Assembly: GCA_963813265.1 (NCBI GenBank)
Contig: CAWEYQ010000005.1
Location: 21,684-85,683 of the forward strand
Reading direction: 5' to 3'
Origin: an uncultured Solirubrobacterales bacterium
Lineage (GTDB): Bacteria; Actinomycetota; Thermoleophilia; Solirubrobacterales; Solirubrobacteraceae
DNA length: 64,000 nucleotides
Shown: one piece after another, positions 18,017 through 26,843 of the stretch
Position numbering within the stretch: the first letter of the stretch is position 1
Layout: every line of letters starts with the position of its first letter
Made by a program: the position numbers and the translations under genes
Notes under the pieces: model-generated
What the model was told of the DNA's origin: nothing
The model's database searches: none
The model's input: the letters and a program-made list of their open reading frames with translations, nothing else

Positions 18017-21000
18017 GTGCAGGCGACGCTGTCGATTCTCTTCACCGATGCGGTGGCGTCGACGGAGGCGCTCGCGCGGCTGGGGGACGAGCAGTTCGGA
18101 GTCGTGCAGCGGGCGCATCTCGATCTGTTGCGTGCCGCGGTTACCCGGAACGGCGGTCGTGAGGTCAAGTCGCTCGGTGACGGCCTGATGGTGGTGTTCA
18201 CCGGCGCGGCCGACGCGCTCTCGTGCGCCGTGTCGATGCAGCAGGCGATCGAGGCCGATGCACGGCGCGGCGCGGAAGGGCTCCCGTTGCGAGTCGGCGT
18301 CTCCCTCGGGGACGTGACGGTCGACGGTGACGGGGACTGCGCCGGCACCGCGGTGGTTGAGGCCGCGCGGTTGTGTGCGGCAGCCAGGGGCGGCCAGGTA
18401 CTGGCGTCGGAGGTGCTGCGGGCGGTCGCGGGCTCGCGGGGTGGTCACGCGTTCACGCCGCTCGGCCCGGTCGAGTTGAAGGGCCTGGCGGAGCCGGTCG
18501 CGGTGGTGGAGCTCGGCTGGGCTCCGTTGGCCGCAGGCGAGGCGCTCGCCCCCGTGCCGCTGCCGTCGCGTCTGGCGTTCCAGTCCTCGTGGGCGTTCGT
18601 GGGCCGCCGGCAGGAGCTGGAGCGCCTGGACGAGCTCTGGGCGCAGGCCGTCGCCGGCGAAGCACGCGTCGCTCTGCTCAGCGGGGAGCCTGGCGCGGGA
18701 AAGACGCGGCTGGCGCGCGAGTTTGCGGTCCGCGCACATGAGCAGGGTGCACTGGTGCTCTTCGGGCGGGTCGACGAGGACATGGCGGTCGCCTACCAGC
18801 CGTTCGCGGAAGCCCTGGCGCACTACTTGGCGAGCGTCGACGAGCCCACGCGTGAGCAGGTGCTGGCGCTGCGCGGCGGGGTGCTTGCACGGCTCGTCCC
18901 CGAGCTGGCCGACCAACTGCCGGAAGGCCAGGTGGAGTCGTGGGCGATCTTCGAAGGGATCGTCGACTGGCTGTCGGGCGAGGCCGCTCGCCGCCCGGTG
19001 GTGCTGGTCCTTGACGACCTGCACTGGGCGGCCAAGCCCACCCTGCAGGCGTTGCTGCACCTGGTGCGCAGTGAGCGCCTAAGTCGCCTGCTCATCGCCG
19101 GCACCTATCGCGACACCGAGCTGGCTCGCACGCACCCACTCTCGGCCGCGCTGGCCGACCTGCGGCGCGAGGAGGGCGTCGAGCGCCTTGGCCTCCGCGG
19201 CCTCGACGACGACGGGGTCGCGGCGTTCGTGGCGGCGGCAGGCGGAGGCGAGCTCGATGACGATGCGCGCGGCCTGGCCGCACAGCTGACCGAGCAGACA
19301 CAGGGCAACCCCTTCTTCGTCGGGCAGGTCCTGCGCCACCTCGTGGAGTCCGGGACGGTCGAGAGGGTTGACGGCCGGTGGGCGCGAGTGGCGGGCGCTG
19401 ACGAGTTCGTGGTGCCTGAGGGCGTGCGCGAGGTGGTGGGGCGACGGGTCTCGCGACTCAGCGACGAGGCCGGGCAGCTGCTCACGGTCGCAGCGGTCAC
19501 AGGACCCGAGTTCGACACAGCCGTCGTCGGCGAGGTCGCCGGGCAGCCGCTGGCGCGGGCCCTGGACGGATTCGACGAGGCCGTCGGTTCACGGCTCGTG
19601 CTGGAGACGGATTCGCCCGGCCACCTGCGGTTCGCCCATGCGCTGGTGCGCCAGACGCTCGAAGACGAACTGACGACGCTCCGCCGGCTGCATCTGCACC
19701 GAGACATCGGGCTGGCCATGGAGCGCCGTTTCGCCGACAGCGACAGCGTCGTGGCCGACCTCGCGCACCACTTCGCGGAGGCCGCCGCGCTCGGGGAGGG
19801 CGAGCGAGCTGCCCGGTACGCGGAGCGGGCCGCGGATCAGGCGCTGGACCGCGGTGCTCCCGACCAGGCGGCGGAGCTGCTCGTACGGGCGCTCGACCTG
19901 CTGCCCGCCGAGGCCGACCCCGACGGGATGCTCCGCGACCGCCTGTTCGCACAGCTGGCCAATTGCCTCTACACGCTGTGGGCACTTGAGCGCATCGAGG
20001 ATGTCTCCCGGGCATGGCTGGCCCTCGCGCGTGAACGAGGCGACTACGGAATGAGGGTGAACGCCACCGCCTGGCTCGTCATCTCGTGGGTCTACCGCAA
20101 GATCCCCGAGCCTGAGGACCTTGCTCTCGTCGCCGAGGCACTGCGCATCGATCCCGCGCAGGTAGACGTGGGGGATCGCCGCCGCCTGTCCTGGCGGGGA
20201 AACTGGTGTACGACCGACGCCACAGCGCTGCGTGCAGTGCTGCTGGGTAGCATCGCCTACCCCTGGGCCTACAACGTCCGGCTGGAGGGTCTCATCCCTG
20301 ACCTCCCGGCGGATTCGCCGCTGGCGCTGGCAGACGAGGCTTGCGGCCTGGCCGCAGCCAGCGCCGATCCGGAGATCATCGACGAAACCCAATGGTGTCG
20401 GCTGACAACGCTCGCCGGCCATCCCGAGGTGGATGAGTACCTGCGCGAAGCGGAACGGACGATCGCCGCCGGCTATTCCTTCGGCGCGGCCGGATGGACG
20501 CAGCTCATGATTGCGCACGTCCGGCTCGGCCGGCTGGACGAACTCGCCACACTGAGCGCGGAGATGCAGGAGATCGGCGACCGGACGGGGGATCGCCTCG
20601 TGCATGGGATGGCAGGAGCCGCGGCGACCAGCGAGGCGCTGCTGCGCGGACGGATTGAGGATGCGCGCATCGCGACCGACAATGTCATCGCGTCGGCCCC
20701 GGATGTGGCCATTCTCCAGCTGGGTTGGGCGCAGCTGACCGTCGCTCGGTTGCTCCACGCCGGCCGACCCGACGAGGCACGGCCCATCGCTGACCGGCTC
20801 GCCGCCGCCCCAGGCATCGACTATGCGCCGTTTGCCGCCGCGATTGCAAGAGCGCAGGGTGACCTGGACCCGTCCCGTGAGGTGCTGGCCGCCTGGCACG
20901 CTGGCGGGCACATGCTCGCGCAGGAAAGCGAGCTTGGGGCGAGGCTCTGGGCGCTCGCCGAATGCGCGCACGCGCTCGGCGACCAGGACGCCGCCGGACG

Positions 21001-21223
21001 CCTCTACGACCAGCTGCTCCCCTACGACGGCCAGCTGCTCAACTTGGCCGTCGGCTGGGTCCCGGCGAGCGCAGCATTCACGCTCGGCCTGCTCGCGGAG
21101 GCGCTCGGCGACCGTGACCGTGCCTCTAGGCACTACACAGAAGCCATCGCCTTCGAGGAGCGGATCCGGGCGGAGGTCCTCGCGGTGCGCACCCGCGAGG
21201 CATTGGCCCGCATCAGCGGGTAG
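18017..21223 (+). CDS. Class III adenylate/guanylate cyclase fused to STAND (AAA_16) NTPase and helical repeats
   Basis: ILFTD, VKSLGDG, LRVGVSLGDV, VEAARLC; Walker A GEPGAGKT; Walker B VLDDLHWA; GNPFFV; RFAHALVR. Confidence 0.92.
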   Translation: MQATLSILFTDAVASTEALARLGDEQFGVVQRAHLDLLRAAVTRNGGREVKSLGDGLMVVFTGAADALSCAVSMQQAIEADARRGAEGLPLRVGVSLGDVTVDGDGDCAGTAVVEAARLCAAARGGQVLASEVLRAVAGSRGGHAFTPLGPVELKGLAEPVAVVELGWAPLAAGEALAPVPLPSRLAFQSSWAFVGRRQELERLDELWAQAVAGEARVALLSGEPGAGKTRLAREFAVRAHEQGALVLFGRVDEDMAVAYQPFAEALAHYLASVDEPTREQVLALRGGVLARLVPELADQLPEGQVESWAIFEGIVDWLSGEAARRPVVLVLDDLHWAAKPTLQALLHLVRSERLSRLLIAGTYRDTELARTHPLSAALADLRREEGVERLGLRGLDDDGVAAFVAAAGGGELDDDARGLAAQLTEQTQGNPFFVGQVLRHLVESGTVERVDGRWARVAGADEFVVPEGVREVVGRRVSRLSDEAGQLLTVAAVTGPEFDTAVVGEVAGQPLARALDGFDEAVGSRLVLETDSPGHLRFAHALVRQTLEDELTTLRRLHLHRDIGLAMERRFADSDSVVADLAHHFAEAAALGEGERAARYAERAADQALDRGAPDQAAELLVRALDLLPAEADPDGMLRDRLFAQLANCLYTLWALERIEDVSRAWLALARERGDYGMRVNATAWLVISWVYRKIPEPEDLALVAEALRIDPAQVDVGDRRRLSWRGNWCTTDATALRAVLLGSIAYPWAYNVRLEGLIPDLPADSPLALADEACGLAAASADPEIIDETQWCRLTTLAGHPEVDEYLREAERTIAAGYSFGAAGWTQLMIAHVRLGRLDELATLSAEMQEIGDRTGDRLVHGMAGAAATSEALLRGRIEDARIATDNVIASAPDVAILQLGWAQLTVARLLHAGRPDEARPIADRLAAAPGIDYAPFAAAIARAQGDLDPSREVLAAWHAGGHMLAQESELGARLWALAECAHALGDQDAAGRLYDQLLPYDGQLLNLAVGWVPASAAFTLGLLAEALGDRDRASRHYTEAIAFEERIRAEVLAVRTREALARISG

Positions 21224-21305
21224 ACGTTTGCGGCGTGCGTGGTACGCGAAGTACCGCCTGCCGGATGCGCGACCAATTCGAGCGCGACCACGACGGTGCG
21301 TCCTC

Positions 21306-22838
21306 TCAAGCTCCCACCTCGGCCGGCGCGAACGACTCTGCGGCGGTCGCCGGCGGTTTCTGCAGCGCCGCCCAGCATCCGGTCATGAGGATCGAGACGT
21401 GCACGGCGGCGAACGAGACATTGTTGATCGTGGCGGCGTCACGATTCTTCGCCAGCCCATATATGCATGCGGCCAGCAAGACGCCAACCGTGACGAGCGT
21501 GGGCATCACCGCCCGCGGCTGACGGACGTTGGCGCCCTTCTTCGGGGTCACGACGAACGAGCCGGTCTTGCGCAGCACCACGTAGAACGTGGCCAGGATT
21601 TGGATCCAGAAGTTCGCCGCTGAAAGGGCGTACGCCGAGAACTTGTAGGTGCCGGCGCCGCCAACAGCCGCCATGCTCAGCGCCACGGCGTAATAGGGCA
21701 CGAAGTGCAGGAGGAACTCGGGAGCGTTGATGTGGCCGATCGGTTGTCCCCCGCCCAGAAGGCGAACGACCGGGAAGCTCATGTAGACGAGCAGCGTCCA
21801 GCCGGACAGCCAGTACACGCCTGAGAGTACGTACTGGATCTTGAGGCCGATGGGGAGCCGCGCACGCAGCGCGCGGGGGACGCCGGACAAGCACCCCCTG
21901 GCCCAGCGCTGTTGCTGAGAGATGTAGGCGGCGGTGTCTTCTGGACCTACGCCCCGGGAGAGCACATCCGGGATGTAGGCCGACTTCCATCCTCTTTCGT
22001 GGAGGTGGATCGAGAGCTCAAAGTCCTCAGTCAACGAGTTGGTGGGGAACCCGCCCACGCTCTCGAACGCCTCACGTCGGAACACCACGCAGGTGCCGCA
22101 GCAGAAGACGGCACCAAGTCCGTCCTTACCGCGGCAGATCGGACCGAAGAACAGTGCCTGCTGCGACATCGAGGCGGCGGCGATCCGGTTGTTCTCGGTG
22201 TTGGCGTAGTACTGCGGTGTCTGGACGAACGCGATCTCGGGGTCTTCCAGCCACCCCATAGTGGCCTCGAGGAAGTCGGGGTCCGCCATGTGGTCCGCGT
22301 CGAACACGGCGATGAACGGAGCGTCCGTCTTCGTCAACGCATGGTTGATGTTCCCGGCTTTGGCGCCGCTGTGCTCGGATCGGGTGATGTAGCCCACGCC
22401 GTGGCGGCGCGCCAGTTCCTTCATCTCCGGGTCGTTGCCGTCATCGAGGACATGGACCCGCACCTCCGCGCCGCGCATTCCCAGTGCCCCGACGATGGTG
22501 AGGTCGACGATGTCCGGCGGCTCCTTGTAGACGGGGATATATACGTCTACAGCGACGTGCCGGGTGGGCGCCCGCCTGGGGCGGACCTGCTCGTGGCCCA
22601 CCGTCCACCAGAAGCCCAGCCCCTGCGAGAGGTTGAAGAGCTCGGCGACGATCAGGATCCCGTACAGAACCGGCGTGCCATGGCGAGCCGGAACGTTGAG
22701 CAGCCAGCCGAAATACCAAACCACACACGGCAAGCCAATCGCTATCAGGATGCGGCAGCGCCGGCGGACGCTCCACGTCTTCGGGTACGGCTCCCACGTA
22801 ATTCGTCGAAGACGGACGTCCCAGGGCTTACTGCTCAT
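21306..22838 (-). CDS. GT2 processive glycosyltransferase (cellulose synthase catalytic subunit-like, no PilZ seen)
   Basis: DDG, AKAGN, FDADH, QTPQ, TED, QQQRW motifs; N- and C-terminal TM helices. Confidence 0.88.
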   Translation of the reverse strand: MSSKPWDVRLRRITWEPYPKTWSVRRRCRILIAIGLPCVVWYFGWLLNVPARHGTPVLYGILIVAELFNLSQGLGFWWTVGHEQVRPRRAPTRHVAVDVYIPVYKEPPDIVDLTIVGALGMRGAEVRVHVLDDGNDPEMKELARRHGVGYITRSEHSGAKAGNINHALTKTDAPFIAVFDADHMADPDFLEATMGWLEDPEIAFVQTPQYYANTENNRIAAASMSQQALFFGPICRGKDGLGAVFCCGTCVVFRREAFESVGGFPTNSLTEDFELSIHLHERGWKSAYIPDVLSRGVGPEDTAAYISQQQRWARGCLSGVPRALRARLPIGLKIQYVLSGVYWLSGWTLLVYMSFPVVRLLGGGQPIGHINAPEFLLHFVPYYAVALSMAAVGGAGTYKFSAYALSAANFWIQILATFYVVLRKTGSFVVTPKKGANVRQPRAVMPTLVTVGVLLAACIYGLAKNRDAATINNVSFAAVHVSILMTGCWAALQKPPATAAESFAPAEVGA

Positions 22839-23040
22839 CGGAACTCCCAGACCTTGTCTGCGGCATCTTGCACTGCGCCACGTGCTTTCGGATGAACGTC
22901 AGCTGCCCTACTACCTTATTGGAGCGCTGTGGCCTCTCGCCAGCGGCGACACGTCGCACGGTCTCAGTCCGAGCAGCCCCGAGTGGTACGTCAAACGACT
23001 CAAGCACCCGACCGGCCAGCCGCGGGAGCAGCGGGAGGCC

Positions 23041-23684
23041 TTACCTCGGATCGATCGTGAACGACAGTGGCTGGGGCTTTGACCGTTGCCTCAGCGAGTT
23101 GGTTGCGACGATCGTGACCGTGTAGCGGCCGGGTGACAGCCGGCTGGTCCGCGTGAGGCGGCCCTGAAAAGCGACCGTGTTGATCCCGGCGTGGCCGCCG
23201 TGGCGCAGCGACCCGGCCGGCACGGCACGCAGGCAGGAGCGCTTGCGCCGGTTGGCGCGGGTCAGCGCTACGCGGTGCCGCCAGCGCGACCCCGACCGGG
23301 CAGACCCGATCCGTTGCACGCGGCGGGCCCCGGGCCGGCGCCCTGGAGGACGACAGGACCCCTCAACGGGTTGAAGAAGAGCTGACCCATCGTCAGTCGG
23401 TAGCAGCCGGCCGGCGCGATGATCGTCGTCGTGCCCGAGGCCGGAGCTGCCGCGCACTCGCCCTCGGCCGATCCGCTCGCATACGTCAGCGCTTCTCGCA
23501 GCGAGCAGCCGTTGTAGGACGTGGTCTCGTCCAGCGAGGTCGTCAGCCTGATCGTCGTATCAGCCGCCGCGCGGGAGACGCCGAACGGGCAGGCCGTAAG
23601 GACGATCACGGCGGTGCACAGCCCGACGCAGCTGCGGGCGGAAGGAGGGATTCCGGGGAGGGGGTTGATTGAATCCCGCTCCAT
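23041..23684 (-). pseudogene. CSLREA-domain secreted protein collapsed by internal deletion
   Basis: Signal peptide plus TTSLDE...GCSLREAL N-terminus joined out of frame near 23300 to C-terminal AGINTVAFQGRL...LSPGRYTVTIVAT...LSFTI. Confidence 0.65.
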
Positions 23685-24195
23685 GGCCTCCAGCCCGCGT
23701 CGGCGATCCAAGTCACTGCCCGGTCACCTACCGGAAGCCGCCCCTGGTGAGGTGCTCGTGTGGACCGACGGCGCCTGCCGGCGCAATCCCGGCCCCGGAG
23801 GGTGGGCTGCGCTGCTCTGCTGGGAGGATGGGATCGTCGAGGAACACAGCGGTGGCCTTGCCCTGACGACGAACAACGTCATGGAGATGACCGCCGCTCT
23901 GGAGGGCTTGTGCGCGCTTCCATCCCGGTCACGGGTTTGCGTTGTTACCGACTCCCGCTACCTGCACGACGGCATGACGTCCTGGATGGCCGGCTGGAAG
24001 CGCAAGGGTTGGAAGACGGCCTCGGGCGATCCCGTCAAGAACAAGGAGATCTGGGTCCAGCTCGACGCCGCAGCGTCGGGCCACGAGCAGGTCCGCTGGC
24101 ACTGGGTCAAGGGCCACATCGGTCACCCGCTCAACGAGCGAGCCGACGTGTTGGCGGTGGCCGCGACACAGAGCGCCGCTCGGTCCGGGCACTGA
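23683..24195 (+). CDS. rnhA: Ribonuclease HI
   Basis: WTDGACRRNPGPGGW, TTNNVME, TDSRY, WKRKGWK, WVKGH, NERAD; start uncertain. Confidence 0.92.
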   Translation: MASSPRRRSKSLPGHLPEAAPGEVLVWTDGACRRNPGPGGWAALLCWEDGIVEEHSGGLALTTNNVMEMTAALEGLCALPSRSRVCVVTDSRYLHDGMTSWMAGWKRKGWKTASGDPVKNKEIWVQLDAAASGHEQVRWHWVKGHIGHPLNERADVLAVAATQSAARSGH

Positions 24196-24252
24196 TTGCA
24201 GCGCCCGGGCAGAGAGTTCAGCGCGAATCGCGGCGCAGCAGGGCGGCGCTTG

Positions 24253-25097
24253 CTAGTTCGCCGGCTCGGTTTCGACGATCCAGATCGGCGCGTCGGCGCA
24301 TTGCATCGGGACGCCACCCTGCGTGTCGTCGAGTCGCGCGTGCAGCACCCGTACACGGTCGCCGGCGATCGTGGTCAGCGCGCCGTGATTCTCGGGCCGG
24401 ATCGCCGCGACGCGCCAGGCCAGGACCTGTCGGCGGACCTCGTCGGCGGTGTGCGACCAGTCGATCTCCGCGTAGGAGGCGTCGAAGAACCCGGCGTAGC
24501 TCGCGCCATCGGCGGGCTGCGGGTCCCCTGCGTCGCCGGCCTCGACACGGGTGAGCGCCTCGGGCAGCAGCCGACCAATGAGGGCGATCATTGCTCCGAA
24601 TAGCTCCTCGGGCCGCTCGATCGCCGCGAGCGGCATCGTGCCCTGAGCGAGGATCGCCCCGGTGTCGAAGTCGGCGTCCATGCGGTGGACCGTGTAGCCG
24701 AGTTCGGGATCGCCGTTGCGCACGGCCCACGCCATCGGGTTCGGGCCGCGGTAGCGGGGCAGGAGCGCCGGGTGCGTGTTGATGATGCCGAATCGCGGCA
24801 CCTCGAGCGCGTCGACCGGGATTCGGAGGGGGAAGGCGGCGCTGATCGCCACGTCGGCGTCGAGCACGGCGAGCAGCGGCGCGATCCGCGAGGGGTTGCC
24901 GGCGACTAGGACGTCAAACCCGCTCGCGGCCTGCAGTGCGATCGCTCCGAGCGAATCAGCGCCGTAGCGGTCGCCCTCGAGCGGGGTCGTGACGACGCCG
25001 ACCACCTCGTGGCCGACGCCGCGGAGCATGGCGCCGATGCCGGCGACCGCCATGTCAACACGAGAGATCAGCGCGACGCCGCACGGCCTGGAAGCAT
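24253..25097 (-). CDS. Formyltransferase (methionyl-tRNA formyltransferase-like); 5' end frameshifted or uncertain
   Basis: INTHPALLPRYRGPNP, TVHRMDADFDTGAIL. Confidence 0.82.
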
Positions 25098-25107
25098 GCG
25101 TGCCGAG

Positions 25108-25479
25108 TTATGACCCTGCCGAGCTCCAGGCAGGCGGCTCGTAGATGCCCCCGGGTACGGCGCCGATGCAGAGGACTCGCAGCCCATCGGCGCCGGAGGA
25201 CAGCACTCGCGCGGTGCCGGCGTCGACGCGTACGAGGTGGTCGGAGTCGAGCGGCAGGCGGGCGCCGTCGACGTCGACGGTGCCCGAGCCGCGCAGCGAG
25301 ACGTACAGTTCCTGCTGCCCGGATTCGGCCTCGTCGTGGGACTTGGTGGAGTAATTCGGCGGCAGGTCCATGATGTTGGCGCCGAACGCGCTGAGGTCGA
25401 GGCCGGCGCGGACGAGTTTCGCGAACCCGTCCCACAGGGTCGGCAGATCGTCAATGGCCTTGGCGGAGTAACCGGTCAT
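25108..25479 (-). CDS. Cupin-domain protein
   Basis: LSAFGAN, SHDE..GQQELYVSLRGSG, LVRVD. Confidence 0.78.
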   Translation of the reverse strand: MTGYSAKAIDDLPTLWDGFAKLVRAGLDLSAFGANIMDLPPNYSTKSHDEAESGQQELYVSLRGSGTVDVDGARLPLDSDHLVRVDAGTARVLSSGADGLRVLCIGAVPGGIYEPPAWSSAGS

Positions 25480-25541
25480 CGTGCGCATGATGACACCACG
25501 AGTCCCATGCTCCTCGCGGATAGGCTTGGCCATCCCTACTC

Positions 25542-25811
25542 GTGGACAGATTGAGGAAGATCACGACGTTCACCGATCCGGCCGGCGCGGTTCGTCTGCC
25601 GGCCAACATTCATCCAGGCCCCGACGATCGCATGTGGTTCACGAGTCTCGGCAGCGATCGCAGCGCACGTTTGGATCCCGGTGCGAGGGATCCCGGATCG
25701 ACGATCGAGACGTTCACGGCGGAGGGGCTGCTCCAGGCGATCACGGCGGCGATCGCGAGAGACGGCGGCAACACGAACACGGTCTACACGGCAAACGGCA
25801 GCCATGCCTAG
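25542..25811 (+). pseudogene. Vgb-like beta-propeller fragment
   Basis: Single repeat IHPGPDDRMWFTSLGSDR, then degenerates. Confidence 0.5.
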
Positions 25812-25862
25812 CTCGGCGGTGGCCGTCTCGCCCGAAGCGAAGATGCCGAATCGAGCACGGCG

Positions 25863-26321
25863 GTGGTGCTCGATCCAGCCGTGTCACCGCCGAAGCGGGA
25901 ATCCGGAACATTGTCTGGCCGCGCGACCGTGCGCGCGGACGGCATCATTCTTCTACAGCAAACTGATGCCGATCGCGTACGGCGTCCACGACCTGGTGGG
26001 GGCGTACCCCAACACGACTCAACGCCGGACAACTGTTACGTGTACGGCTACGGGTGGACGTTCTACCATGCCCCAGCGACCGCGCAGATGAAGTGGTTCG
26101 GTGACTTCAACGTTGACGGAGAGGGTGGATTCTTCCCGTCACAGTTCGTGCTCGGGCGGCACACCCTCAGTGTCCGGTATTACGCCTATCCGCCGGCGAA
26201 GCTGACCGATGCGATGTTCCTCGCGCCGGAGCAGAACGGCAGCGGCATGCAGCTGAGCCGATACATCTGGAACTCGTTCGACAACCCGCATCCGCCGACC
26301 GACATCGCCTTCTGTCACTGA
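25863..26321 (+). pseudogene. Aromatic-rich hypothetical protein fragment
   Basis: Coding-like 3' part (CYVYGYGWTFYH...YIWNSFDNPHP) without a clear start. Confidence 0.35.
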
Positions 26322-26339
26322 TCGGCGGTACGGCCGCCG

Positions 26340-26732
26340 TCACGCGTGAGCTGACGGCGGCGCGCACTGGGTGTACGCGTCGACCTGTTTTCCCGCGAGT
26401 AGGCGGATGATCGTGATGCCATCGCAGGCCAGCGCTCCGGGACTCGAGGCCGAGGCTGCTGTGACCCCGGCAGTCGCCCGCCAGCACGTCACGACACGGT
26501 CGTCCTCGGCGATCTGGTCTTCGACCTGGATATAGACGTCCGGACGAGCGGCGCGGCGGTGGGACACGAAGTGGCGCATGCCGTCCGGTCCGGTGATCGC
26601 AGCGCCAACGCAGGTGAGGCGACCGATGAAGTCCTTGGCCACGAGGTCGTCGATCAGCTCGAGTCGGCCGTCGTTCAGCACCTCCAGGAAGAACTGGAGG
26701 ACGCGCTGCTTGTTCTGCTCGCACACGCTCAT
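26340..26732 (-). CDS. SnoaL-like ester cyclase
   Basis: EQNKQRVLQFFLEVLNDG, GPDG, VEDQIAEDDRVV. Confidence 0.8.
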   Translation of the reverse strand: MSVCEQNKQRVLQFFLEVLNDGRLELIDDLVAKDFIGRLTCVGAAITGPDGMRHFVSHRRAARPDVYIQVEDQIAEDDRVVTCWRATAGVTAASASSPGALACDGITIIRLLAGKQVDAYTQCAPPSAHA

Positions 26733-26769
26733 CGGCTGACCCGCATCGTCGCGGCGAGGCGTCAGAGCG

Positions 26770-26807
26770 GCAAGGGAGGGACCCCGAGGGTTTCCCCCAG
26801 GGTTTTC
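26770..26807 (-). promoter_or_regulatory. Putative LAL-regulator binding motif, copy 1
   Basis: Minus strand AAAACCCTGGGGGAAACCCTCGGGGTCCCTCCCTTG, similar to 29666-29703. Confidence 0.45.
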
Positions 26808-26843
26808 GGTCACGGTCGGTCGGCGGCGGTGTATCGTCGATGC

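Noticed and set aside
23683-24195. RNase H as part of a retroelement or defence system
   Set aside because: Ordinary RNase HI motifs; no reverse transcriptase or defence partner nearby
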